From an uncultured Spirochaetota bacterium (lineage in GTDB: Bacteria; Spirochaetota; Spirochaetia; SZUA-6; Fen-1364), in assembly GCA_963734545.1 (NCBI GenBank), contig CAVTHO010000003.1:256001-320000 (forward strand): 64,000 bases of DNA, in the 5' to 3' direction. The notes below the pieces were generated by a model. It saw nothing but the letters and a program-made list of their open reading frames with translations. It searched no databases and was not told the DNA's origin. A program made the position numbers and the translations under genes. This document shows, piece after piece, positions 40,236-49,155 of the stretch. How positions within the stretch are numbered: position 1 is the first letter of the stretch; each line of letters starts with the position of its first letter.

Positions 40236-41390
40236 CTATTCGCTGCCCAGGAACACCCGTGCACTGTTCTGCCACTTGGAAAGCGCAATCGGCTTGGAGC
40301 ACGAGCCATCGTCGTTCAACGTGACTGTCGGGCCGAAAAGCGAGGGGAATGTCCGTATCTTCATGAGCGCATTTTCGAGCTGGGTCCCGTCAAAGGGATT
40401 TCCACTATTCTTCAGAACAAAGGCAACTGTATCACGCAGGATGTACATCAATTCGTAGTAGTTTGCGGAATAGTACTCCGCCTCCTCGCCATACTTCGCC
40501 TTGTACGCCGCCGCGAACTTCTTCGCCCAGTCATTCGCGGGTGCAAAGTAGTCTTCGGCCCAGATATAGCCCTCAAGCGTATCTCCGGCTATCTTGACGG
40601 ATCCCGGGTTCAGCTGGGTACCCCCGATGGGCACCGTAATCCCCATCTCTCGAGCCTGTCTGATGATGTACCCCTGGTCGGTTTCATAGGCAAAGATGAC
40701 CAGGGCATCCGGCTTGGCGGCCATTGCCTTCGAGATATATGAGCGGAAATCGGTGGTAACTGCGACCGGGTCGTACATCTCCTTGTCCACGATCGTCATC
40801 CCCAGCTGCGCAGCCAATGACTCGGTTGTGGACATCTCGCCCTTGCCTTCATTGTTGCCGCGATAGATGACCGATATCTTCTTGATTCCGGGCTGCTTGC
40901 CAAGATACTTGATCAAAGTAGGGCTGAGGCTCAGGCTCCGCGTGTTGTGCAGTCCCTTGACGTTGAGGAGATCCAGAGCGGCACCACCGCCGTTCATCAG
41001 GACAACATGGTTCTCCCAGGCGACCGGTGCAACGGTCAAGGTGATATTAGGCCACGAGCTATTGATCCAGGGGACCTGGTCCAGGGAAATCAGCTTCCGG
41101 GCGCCGTTGAGTCCCGCTGTCGCGTCTCCACTCTTCATGTCCTCGACGACGAGGGTCAATTTGAACGGTAAAGCGCCTGAGGCGTTGATCTCATCCAGCG
41201 CCAGCTGCTGACCTTGAGTCATGACTTTCCCGTAAAATGCCCCATCACCCGTCACTGCCATCAGCGCGCCGATTTTCATCTCTTTGGGAAGAGATGTCGT
41301 GGATTTCTCGGCACTCGGACCAGCAAAGCCGAAGGTTGCCACCACCACCAACACCAACAGAGCGATGAACCATCTCTTTCTCCCGTACAT
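40236..41390 (-). CDS. LIV-type ABC substrate-binding protein (LivK-like)
   Basis: Signal peptide ...TFGFAGPSAEK, KIGALMAVTG, EINASG and TDFRSYISK. TAAGGAGG RBS. Confidence 0.88.
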   Translation of the reverse strand: MYGRKRWFIALLVLVVVATFGFAGPSAEKSTTSLPKEMKIGALMAVTGDGAFYGKVMTQGQQLALDEINASGALPFKLTLVVEDMKSGDATAGLNGARKLISLDQVPWINSSWPNITLTVAPVAWENHVVLMNGGGAALDLLNVKGLHNTRSLSLSPTLIKYLGKQPGIKKISVIYRGNNEGKGEMSTTESLAAQLGMTIVDKEMYDPVAVTTDFRSYISKAMAAKPDALVIFAYETDQGYIIRQAREMGITVPIGGTQLNPGSVKIAGDTLEGYIWAEDYFAPANDWAKKFAAAYKAKYGEEAEYYSANYYELMYILRDTVAFVLKNSGNPFDGTQLENALMKIRTFPSLFGPTVTLNDDGSCSKPIALSKWQNSARVFLGSE

Positions 41391-41611
41391 TTCATGTACC
41401 TCCTTATAGAGATCTTTTGACCGGGCTTTCAGCGCGTGAGTACAGTTTCGGGGCGACTTCCTGCACGAGTTCACAACCGCCGGCTGCGTCGTTCGGGTTG
41501 GCCTCTGCCCCCTCTGGAGGGCCGGGTTCCGCGGGTCCCGGCAGGGAGGCTCGTCGGGTTCCTGCTCTGCAGCCGATGACTCCAGTTCGAACTGCCCCAC
41601 GCACCTCCTGA

Positions 41612-41665
41612 CCGTCTACCTGTATAGACGTATGCTATTCTACACGACTGTCCCCTCAGTGTCAA
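41612..41665 (-). promoter_or_regulatory. sigma70 promoter of the transporter operon with a HutC-type operator
   Basis: TTGACA (41665-41660)-17bp-TAGAAT (41642-41637). GTATAGAC at 41622-41629 fits GT-N-TA-N-AC. Confidence 0.75.
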
Positions 41666-41754
41666 GGCAGAAGTCGCGGGGATAACGGGAGGCATCGATG
41701 CGATGCCTCCAGGATCATGGAATCCGCATTGAAGAGGTCGCCTCGGCACATAAC

Positions 41755-41803
41755 TTGACAGCATGAATCCAGAGGTCTAATATGAGGTATGGACATCTAT
41801 ACA
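41755..41803 (+). promoter_or_regulatory. sigma70 promoter of the E2 gene with a related operator
   Basis: TTGACA (41755)-17bp-TAATAT (41778), then GTATGGACATCTATAC. Confidence 0.7.
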
Positions 41804-41883
41804 TTCTGTTTGCGGTGATTCTGTGAACTTCGAGCGCCAATTTGGCCATATCCATGGGTCTCTTGGAGAAAGGGAAGGACCAC

Positions 41884-42558
41884 GTGACGGAGAAAAGGAT
41901 CAAGCTGAGGGGCGTGCAGCGTCGTGTGGCCGAGCAGGTCGCGAAGAGCGCGTTTACGATCCCTCACGTGACAACGATTCGCGAAGTCAGGATGCAAAAG
42001 GTCGACGAGGTCAGGAGAAACCTTGCCGGCCAGTTCGGGAAGCTCACGACAATGCCTTTCATCATCAAGGCAGTCGTGTCGTCGATACAGCAGCAACCCG
42101 TGCTCAACGCGAGTCTTGACGGTGACGACATCGTTCTGCATGACTCGGTCAACATTGGAATTGCAGTCACGGTAGGGAATGACCTCTTTGTGCCGGTCAT
42201 GAGGGAAGTCCAGTCCATGGCTTTTCGAAATGTCGTGGAGAGCCTGGACGACCTCGTCGACAGGACGAGGTCACGAAAGCTGCAACTGGAAGATCTTCGC
42301 AATGCGACTTTCACGATCACCAACTCGGGCGCGTTGGGCGGCGAAATCTTCACGCCAATCATAAGTGTTCCGCAATCGGCGATCCTTGGTATCGGCCGAA
42401 TACAGAACAAGCCCGTGGTGGACTCAAACAATGCCATCGTCGTCTGCCCAATGATGTATCTGTGTCTCTCCTATGACCACCGAATAATCAATGGGAGTGA
42501 CGCCGTGCGTTTTCTCGACGCAATTGACAGGTGGCTCCAGGACCCGGTGCCGGACTAG
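41884..42558 (+). CDS. 2-oxoacid dehydrogenase E2 acyltransferase, catalytic domain only
   Basis: IPHVT, NIGIAV, TFTITNSGALG, AILGIG and LSYDHRIING motifs. No lipoyl or E3-binding domain. GTG start inferred. Confidence 0.88.
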   Translation: MTEKRIKLRGVQRRVAEQVAKSAFTIPHVTTIREVRMQKVDEVRRNLAGQFGKLTTMPFIIKAVVSSIQQQPVLNASLDGDDIVLHDSVNIGIAVTVGNDLFVPVMREVQSMAFRNVVESLDDLVDRTRSRKLQLEDLRNATFTITNSGALGGEIFTPIISVPQSAILGIGRIQNKPVVDSNNAIVVCPMMYLCLSYDHRIINGSDAVRFLDAIDRWLQDPVPD

Positions 42559-42580
42559 AGATCTCTCTCCGATGTTGTCC

Positions 42581-42629
42581 TTGACAATGCTTATGGGGCT
42601 GGTACAATATACGTATCGATGACTATACA
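42581..42629 (+). promoter_or_regulatory. Internal sigma70 promoter before E1 alpha
   Basis: TTGACA (42581)-16bp-TACAAT (42603), then a GACTATAC box. Confidence 0.6.
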
Positions 42630-42674
42630 ATCTCCATCTCCTCCAAGTGTTTCAAGGTGCGGAGGATCGGCACA

Positions 42675-43634
42675 ATGCTTCTAGACACAAACGCATTGCT
42701 GGATCTCTACTATTATCTTTTCCTGACGCGGAGCTTTGAGAACTCGCTTGTCGAGATGTTTGCTGATAAGTCCTTGCCCGAAAAGCCAATGACGAGCATA
42801 GGCCAGGAAGCGACAGCCGTCGGCGCCACGTTTTGCCTCCGCAAGGATGACTATGTGCTCCCTGCGTTGAGAACGCGCGGTGCCTTCTTCACCAAGGGCA
42901 TCACTGCTACAGAATACCTGCTCGAAGTACTTCGGAAGGGCACAAGCATATCAGGCGGGAGATGGACTGCGCACCACCTGGGCGACATTACTCGTGGGAT
43001 CATTCTCGGGAGTGCCGTTGTCAGCAGCTCTTTGCCAGTGGCGGCAGGCACGGCCCTGTCAGCAAAGATCCGCGGCACCGATCAGGTCACGCTTGCTTTT
43101 TTTGGCGACGGCGGAAGCAGCACCGGAGAAGTCCATTCCGCCATGAATTTTGCCGCGGTTCTGAACCTCCCGGTCGTGTTCGTCTGCGAGAACAATCGCT
43201 ATTCCCTTTCCACGCCGATAGCACTTCAAACCCGCAATGAAGACATTGCGGATCGTGCGTTCGGCTATGGGATGGAAGGAGACATCGTGGACGGCCAGGA
43301 TGTCATCGAGGTGGTTCATTCTGTCTCGAGGGCAGTCCAGCGCGCACGGCGTGGAAGCGGGCCTTCTCTGGTCGAATGCAAGACATATCACTTTCGAGGT
43401 CATTCCGAAAGCCACCATCCAGACGACGGAAGACCAGTTGAGGAGCTTGCCAGGTGGCGTGCGCGAGATCCGGTACAACTGTTCGAGGCATACCTGAAGA
43501 ATAATGGATTCTCGGATCGTCAGCTCGAATCCATCCGATCTCGGGTAGCTTCCGAGATCCAGACCGCCCGAGAGGTCGCCGCCGCCGCGCCGGAGCCTGC
43601 GACGGACGCCGTCCTCTGGAACGCGTATGCCTGA
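42675..43634 (+). CDS. TPP-dependent 2-oxoacid/acetoin dehydrogenase E1 alpha
   Basis: GQEA, FFGDGG...VCENN TPP motif and TYHFRGHS. Confidence 0.92.
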   Translation: MLLDTNALLDLYYYLFLTRSFENSLVEMFADKSLPEKPMTSIGQEATAVGATFCLRKDDYVLPALRTRGAFFTKGITATEYLLEVLRKGTSISGGRWTAHHLGDITRGIILGSAVVSSSLPVAAGTALSAKIRGTDQVTLAFFGDGGSSTGEVHSAMNFAAVLNLPVVFVCENNRYSLSTPIALQTRNEDIADRAFGYGMEGDIVDGQDVIEVVHSVSRAVQRARRGSGPSLVECKTYHFRGHSESHHPDDGRPVEELARWRARDPVQLFEAYLKNNGFSDRQLESIRSRVASEIQTAREVAAAAPEPATDAVLWNAYA

Positions 43635-43671
43635 GATCGGCCAGCCAACCGGCGATTGAGGAGTATGCACA

Positions 43672-44673
43672 ATGGTAACAACTGTGTCCGGTGCATTGAG
43701 GGAGGCACTCAAGAAGGCCTTGCGCGATGACAACACAGTCTTTCTCATGGGTGAGGACATCGCGGAATACGGGGGCATATACAGGGTCACGCGAGGTCTG
43801 AGCGACGAATTCGGCCGTGATCGAGTCATTGATACGCCGATGGCGGAGATCAGCATCGTTGGCGCAGGCATCGGGGCGGCAGTCACCGGTCTGCGACCGG
43901 TGGTGGAGATAATGTATGCCGACTTTCTGCCAATCACGATGGATCAAATAGTAAACAACGCCGCCAAGTTCTACTTCCTGTCCGGCGGCAAGACACCGGT
44001 CCCGTTGGTCGTTCGGTGCAACTTCGGCGCCGGGAAGGCGGAGGGGGCGCTCCAGAGTCAGACTCCCGAAGCATGGTTCCTCAATTTCCCTGGCGTCAAA
44101 GTGGTGATGCCCTCCAACCCGCAAGACGCCTATGGATTGCTGCTGAGCAGCATCTACGACAACAATCCCGTTTTGTTCTGCGAGCACAAGATGCTCTATG
44201 CTTTGCGCGGCGAACTCGACGTGAGTCAGCCGCTGCCTCCCATTGGCTCGGCGTCTGTCAGCAGAAAGGGCGAAGAGATCACAATCGTTTCCTGCGGACA
44301 CATGCTTCACAAATGCCTCGACGCGGCAGCCCAGCTCTCCAAGGACGGCATTTCCGCGGAGGTGATTGACGTACGTACATTGAAACCTCTCGATGAGTCG
44401 ACGGTCTGCGAATCGGTCCGAAAGACCGGTCGTCTCCTCGTTGCAGAAGAGAACCCCAGGACCGGCGGCTGGGGACTGCAAGTCCTTGAATCGGTGGTCA
44501 CGAATTGCTTCTCGGAGATGAAGGAACCACCCCGACGGATCTCTGCGATGGACGTGCCGCTTCCCGCAGCGAAGAATCTCGAAGAGTTTGCCGTGCCGAC
44601 GGTGGGCAGCATTGTCAGCGCAGTCCGGCACGTGCTTGTGCCCGGCAAGAAGCTGCAGAGGAGCCACTCGTGA
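43672..44673 (+). CDS. 2-oxoacid/acetoin dehydrogenase E1 beta
   Basis: GEDIAEYGG, DTPMAE, RPVVEIMYADF and IDVRTLKPLD motifs. Confidence 0.92.
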   Translation: MVTTVSGALREALKKALRDDNTVFLMGEDIAEYGGIYRVTRGLSDEFGRDRVIDTPMAEISIVGAGIGAAVTGLRPVVEIMYADFLPITMDQIVNNAAKFYFLSGGKTPVPLVVRCNFGAGKAEGALQSQTPEAWFLNFPGVKVVMPSNPQDAYGLLLSSIYDNNPVLFCEHKMLYALRGELDVSQPLPPIGSASVSRKGEEITIVSCGHMLHKCLDAAAQLSKDGISAEVIDVRTLKPLDESTVCESVRKTGRLLVAEENPRTGGWGLQVLESVVTNCFSEMKEPPRRISAMDVPLPAAKNLEEFAVPTVGSIVSAVRHVLVPGKKLQRSHS

Positions 44674-44912
44674 AAGAGAAAGCAGTAGTCATCCCGCGGG
44701 TCGACGATGTGCCCGAGGTCGAGATATCCAAATGGTATGTTCACGAAGGCGACCGGATAACACCTGATGCATTGCTCGCTGAATTGCTAGCCGACAAAGC
44801 AGCCGTGGAGCTTCGGTCCGAGGATTCCGGCAAAGTCGTGCGGGTCCTGAAGGCGGAGGGCGAGGTGGTCAAAGTCGGGGACACTGTCCTCATCATCGAG
44901 TGCGATGAATAA
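44670..44912 (+). CDS. Stand-alone lipoyl-domain protein
   Basis: ISKWYVHEGD...ELLADKAAVEL...G.VVKVG, with the DKA lipoylation site. GTG start overlaps the E1 beta stop. Confidence 0.85.
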   Translation: MKEKAVVIPRVDDVPEVEISKWYVHEGDRITPDALLAELLADKAAVELRSEDSGKVVRVLKAEGEVVKVGDTVLIIECDE

Positions 44913-44947
44913 CGTCCTGATCCAGCACATTTAAGGAGGATATTGCA

Positions 44948-46138
44948 ATGCGTGGCTCACTGGAAGGAATCAGGGTGCTGGACCTGTCGCGCGTAATTTC
45001 CGGACCCCATTGCTGCATGATACTGGGGGACCTGGGAGCTGAGGTCATAAAGGTGGAAAAACCCCACACGGGGGATATGTCCCGGCAGAATTATCCGAAG
45101 GTCAACGATGAAAGCACCTACTTCATGGCGTACAACCGGAACAAGAGGAGCATCACGCTGGATTTCCGACATCCGGACGCGAAGGCGCTCTTCCTGAAAC
45201 TGCTGAAAAAAGCCGATGTTGTCGTGGAGAATTTCCGCGCAGGGACGATGGAAGAGATGAAACTTGGGTATGACGAACTGAGCAAGGTCAACCCCGGAAT
45301 CATTCTCACCAGGATATCAGGATTCGGCCAGGATGGACCGAGTTCGCACCGGACATGCTTTGACCCGGTGGCACAGGCGATCAGCGGGTTGATGGATGTG
45401 ACGGGACCCGAGGACGGTCCGCCCATCGTGCTTGGAACGTATGTCGTCGATTGTGCGAGCGCCCTGTACGCGGTGATCGGCACGCTGGCAGCACTCCACG
45501 CGCGCGAAAAAACCGGCAGGGGACAAGTGGTCGATGTGGCGCTGCTCGATACCGCTGTTTCGCTTCTGCACACCGCGATACCGGACTATCAACTCCTGGG
45601 TCAGAAGCTGACGAGAATCGGCAACAACGACCGCTATGCCTGGCCGGCCAATATCTACCAGGCCAGCAACGGGCGCTGGGTCTACATCCATGCGGGCATG
45701 GACAACACCTTCTCCGCGTTGATGAAGATCATGGGGAGGGAAGAGCTGCGGGAAGACGAAAGGTACAAAACGCGCAAAGCCCGGGAGGCCAACAAGCGGG
45801 CGTGTGATGATCTCGTCCAGTCATGGGTTTCTACGCTGCCCGCTGAAGAGGTGGTCGAGGTCGTGTCCCAGGCGGGCATCCCGTGCGCCCGGATCAACGA
45901 TGTGACCGAAATGATCGTGGACCCGCAGGTAAATCACCGGGGCATGGTGGCAAAGGTCGATCATCCGAAGGTGGGCGAGCTGCATCTCACCGGTCCGGTT
46001 GTGCACTTCTCAGATACAAAAGCGAGCATACGCAGCGCTCCGCCGCTGCTGGGCGAGCACAACAAAGATGTCTATGGCGAACTGCTGGGCCTGACGGAGA
46101 AGGAAATTGCTTCCCTGTCGGCAGACGGCCTGATATAG
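44948..46138 (+). CDS. Family III CoA-transferase (CaiB/BaiF)
   Basis: LEGIRVLDLSR, NRNKRSITLD, VVENFRAG, ISGFGQDGP and PPLLGEHN motifs. Confidence 0.93.
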   Translation: MRGSLEGIRVLDLSRVISGPHCCMILGDLGAEVIKVEKPHTGDMSRQNYPKVNDESTYFMAYNRNKRSITLDFRHPDAKALFLKLLKKADVVVENFRAGTMEEMKLGYDELSKVNPGIILTRISGFGQDGPSSHRTCFDPVAQAISGLMDVTGPEDGPPIVLGTYVVDCASALYAVIGTLAALHAREKTGRGQVVDVALLDTAVSLLHTAIPDYQLLGQKLTRIGNNDRYAWPANIYQASNGRWVYIHAGMDNTFSALMKIMGREELREDERYKTRKAREANKRACDDLVQSWVSTLPAEEVVEVVSQAGIPCARINDVTEMIVDPQVNHRGMVAKVDHPKVGELHLTGPVVHFSDTKASIRSAPPLLGEHNKDVYGELLGLTEKEIASLSADGLI

Positions 46139-46174
46139 CCGCAATTTGTATTGACGGCAGGAGGGGTAGATCAG

Positions 46175-47062
46175 ATGAAGAGTAAGCTTACAGACTTGAG
46201 CACGGCAGCACGAAAGGTACCCTCCGGAAGCAGTATCGCCATTGGAGGAAGCATCATTCGCCGGCAGCCGACGGCCTTCGCGCGCGAGCTGATTCGAAAC
46301 GGAATCAAGAACCTGACGATCTATGGTTATCCATGCGGATTGGCAACCGATATGCTTGCCGGCGTCGGGGCAGTGAAACGCATCGAGGCGGTATACACCG
46401 GACTTTTCGAATACGGCATGGCCTACAATATCCGCCGCGGCGTCGAGTCGGGCGCCATAGAAATGATTGATTTTCCCGAGGTTGCGCAATGTGCACGGTT
46501 TCAGGCCGCGGAGATGGGACTCCCTTTCCTGCCGACGAGGACGCTCAAAGCGACCGGGATGGCGCACTATAACCCGGAGCAGATCAAAGAGATCACCTGT
46601 CCGTTCACGGGTGAAAAGATGCATGCGGTGCCTGCAATCAATGCGGATTTCACGGTGCTGCACGGGTACTCCGGAGACGAATACGGAAATGTCCAGTGGC
46701 CGGAGCATCGTGACGCCGACGACCTCGACCCCCTGATGGCCAAGGCCGCCCGGAGGCTCATCGTGACAGTGGAAAAGATCGTTCCGCACTCGGAAATCAT
46801 CAAGATACCAAACAGCACATACATACCGCACCACTGGGTGGAAGCCATCGTCGAGGTTCCCTTCGGCGCTCATCCAGCCCAATGTGATGCGTTCTACGAC
46901 GAGGATGAAACTCACCTGGAGTACTACCAGGAGTGTGCCAGGGACCCTCAAAGGTGGGTCGCTGAGTACGCGCAGAAGTACATCTATGGAGTGAAAAGTC
47001 ACGAGGAATACCTGAACCTGGCAGTATCGCCGTATCGGCTCGCCAAGCTCATTGTACGATAG
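46175..47062 (+). CDS. Family I CoA-transferase subunit A (glutaconate/3-oxoadipate type)
   Basis: PTAFARELIR, AAEMGLPFLP, CPFTGE, DEYGNVQ and PFGAHP motifs. Confidence 0.88.
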   Translation: MKSKLTDLSTAARKVPSGSSIAIGGSIIRRQPTAFARELIRNGIKNLTIYGYPCGLATDMLAGVGAVKRIEAVYTGLFEYGMAYNIRRGVESGAIEMIDFPEVAQCARFQAAEMGLPFLPTRTLKATGMAHYNPEQIKEITCPFTGEKMHAVPAINADFTVLHGYSGDEYGNVQWPEHRDADDLDPLMAKAARRLIVTVEKIVPHSEIIKIPNSTYIPHHWVEAIVEVPFGAHPAQCDAFYDEDETHLEYYQECARDPQRWVAEYAQKYIYGVKSHEEYLNLAVSPYRLAKLIVR

Positions 47063-47074
47063 AAGGAGTTCATC

Positions 47075-47884
47075 ATGCCGGATGTTGGCGATTACACGGT
47101 GAACGAATTGATGGTGGCCGCCACTTCTCGCGAACTGCGGGATGGCGAGCTGGGTTTCATCGGGGTCGGAACGGCGGGGCGGGCGTATACGCTGGCAGTG
47201 GGGATTCCCATGGCCGCAGCCCGTCTTGCGCAGTGCACACATGCACCCGACTTCACCATTTTCTGGAACAACCTTCTGAGCCCGGACCTGGGTCAGATCC
47301 CACCGAAACTGACCCAGAACTATCTCACGAGGTGGCCGACAGCATATCAACCGGTATGTTCGGCGGACAAGAACGGCATGCTGGCTCGGGGCGAGTTCGA
47401 TGTCTCATTCGATTCTGCTCCACAGATAGACAAGTTCGGGAACCTGAACATCACCGCGATCGGCGATTACAGGAAGCCCAAGGTGAGGCTGGTCGGCTGC
47501 CTCGCGCAGACAGACCATTTCTCGTTCATCAAGCGTCCCATCATCATCACCGATTTGAAGAAGCGCGCCTTCGTCGAGAAGGTCGATTTCATCACCAGTG
47601 TCGGGTATCTGAGCGGAGGCGACAGCCGTGTACAAGCCGGCCTGTTGCCGTACGGACCGTGGAAGGTGATCACCGAAAGATGCATCTTCAACTTCCATGA
47701 GGTGCAGAAGGTCATGCAGATTGAATCCCTGCATCCCGGCGTCACGCTGGAAGAGGTTCTGGACAATATGAGCTTCACGCCGCTCATTCCCGAGAATATT
47801 CCAGTAACGGACGCGCCGACAGACGCGGAGGTGAAGCTCATTCGAGAAGTCATAGATCCGAACAGGATCCTCTTGAGGGCCTGA
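47075..47884 (+). CDS. Family I CoA-transferase subunit B
   Basis: YTVNELMVAA, QIDKFGNLN, FVEKVDFITS and SLHPGVT motifs. Confidence 0.88.
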   Translation: MPDVGDYTVNELMVAATSRELRDGELGFIGVGTAGRAYTLAVGIPMAAARLAQCTHAPDFTIFWNNLLSPDLGQIPPKLTQNYLTRWPTAYQPVCSADKNGMLARGEFDVSFDSAPQIDKFGNLNITAIGDYRKPKVRLVGCLAQTDHFSFIKRPIIITDLKKRAFVEKVDFITSVGYLSGGDSRVQAGLLPYGPWKVITERCIFNFHEVQKVMQIESLHPGVTLEEVLDNMSFTPLIPENIPVTDAPTDAEVKLIREVIDPNRILLRA

Positions 47885-47899
47885 CAAGGAGCGCACCGA

Positions 47900-48838
47900 A
47901 TGATTATTGATACTCACTATCACTATGACGATTGGCCAAAGGACCCGGAGTCACAAAAAAGAAAGGCGTTGGGGTGGCTGTACGATGCCGAACGGTGTGG
48001 AGTGAAGAAGCCGTTGGACGAGGCCATGCCTTTCTATGCGGAGAACGTGGATGATCCCGACTGTCACAAGCTTATCAAGCGAATGGATGATTGTGGAATC
48101 AACCTGACCGTGCTGCTGATGCTGGACAACATCGATGAGGGCTTGGATGACGAGGCTGTTGTTTCCTGCAATGAAAAATGTGCCCGGGCGGCGGCCAGGT
48201 ATCCGGGCCGCCTTATTGCCATGGCGGGAATTGACCCCCGGCGCAGGGATGCGCCATCGCTATTTCGTCATTGCGTCGAGAAACTGCACATGAGCGGGCT
48301 GAAATGGCATCCAGATGTGGGCTATTACCCCAATAGCAGGGAAGCATATGCTGTTCTGGAAGTAGCAAACGAATTGGGGCTGCCGCTTGTCATCCATACG
48401 GGACCTCTTTCGGGTTCAAAAGCCAAGTATTCACATCCAATCCACCTTGATGAAATAGCCCTGGATTTCCCAAATATAAATATCGTGGCCGCACATTCGG
48501 GCGATATCTTCTGGCATGATTGGGCAGCGGTCGCGCACTACAAAAAGAACATCTATGGGGATCTCGCCATGTGGCAGCTGAGAGCTGAAAGCAAGCCTCA
48601 TCTCTTTCGCCGATATTTGAGAGAAATGCTGGATATCGTCGGGCCCGAACAAATCCTCTTCTGTACTGATGGAGTGGCATTTGACCTTCATGTGCCAGTT
48701 CAGAGATGGATAAACATAGTCAAGTCTCTGCCGGAAGATGTGCAGGATGGAATACGGTTCACCCAAAGTGAAATTGATGCGATTTTATGGCGAAATGCTC
48801 TAAAAGCCTTTCATCTGGAAAGACTTGTGCAATCATAG
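47900..48838 (+). CDS. Amidohydrolase_2 family metallo-hydrolase/decarboxylase
   Basis: IIDTHYH, GLKWHP, VIHTG, VAAHSG and ILFCTD motifs. Confidence 0.88.
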   Translation: MIIDTHYHYDDWPKDPESQKRKALGWLYDAERCGVKKPLDEAMPFYAENVDDPDCHKLIKRMDDCGINLTVLLMLDNIDEGLDDEAVVSCNEKCARAAARYPGRLIAMAGIDPRRRDAPSLFRHCVEKLHMSGLKWHPDVGYYPNSREAYAVLEVANELGLPLVIHTGPLSGSKAKYSHPIHLDEIALDFPNINIVAAHSGDIFWHDWAAVAHYKKNIYGDLAMWQLRAESKPHLFRRYLREMLDIVGPEQILFCTDGVAFDLHVPVQRWINIVKSLPEDVQDGIRFTQSEIDAILWRNALKAFHLERLVQS

Positions 48839-48893
48839 AGGAGTATGCTGCGCCCCGCGAAGTCGCACGATCGTCTCAAGAGGAATCAGGAGT

Positions 48894-48978
48894 TGCTGCG
48901 GACTGGACTTGAACCAGCACACCCTTTCGGGCACTAGCCCCTCAAGCTAGCGTGTCTACCAAATTCCACCACCGCAGC
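48894..48978 (-). tRNA. tRNA-Leu(GAG)
   Basis: Acceptor GCTGCGG/CCGCAGC-A, D-arm GGAATTTGGTAGAC, anticodon arm CTAGC-TTGAGGG-GCTAG, long variable arm, T-loop TTCAAGT. CCA not encoded. Confidence 0.97.
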
Positions 48979-48989
48979 GAGAATGGCGA

Positions 48990-49018
48990 ACTATAGCCAT
49001 TCCCGGAACGCGTGTCAA
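48990..49018 (-). promoter_or_regulatory. sigma70 promoter of tRNA-Leu
   Basis: TTGACA-17bp-TATAGT on the minus strand, 11 nt upstream of the tRNA. Confidence 0.75.
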
Positions 49019-49155
49019 TATTCGGTGCCGCCGGACACGTCCCGACCGTGTATCGGCATGCCCGCGCCCGGGCGCGAACACCCGTCCCCCGGGTACCCGC
49101 GCCGGATTCTCACCTTCCCGCGTGTCGTTTTCCTCCTTATATTGGGCCTGTGACC

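Larger units (their letters stand above)
34670..48890. mobile_element. Putative horizontally acquired catabolic island next to the tRNA-Leu 3' end
   Basis: Visibly more A/T and more A/T-ending codons than the flanks; self-contained regulator, transporter and enzymes; ends at the tRNA. No integrase or att repeat seen. Confidence 0.55.

Noticed and set aside
41391-41600. 70-aa N-terminal extension of the binding protein
   Set aside because: A typical signal peptide and strong RBS begin at 41390, and the upstream GTG is only 3 nt from its SD-like sequence; kept only as a possible leader feature.
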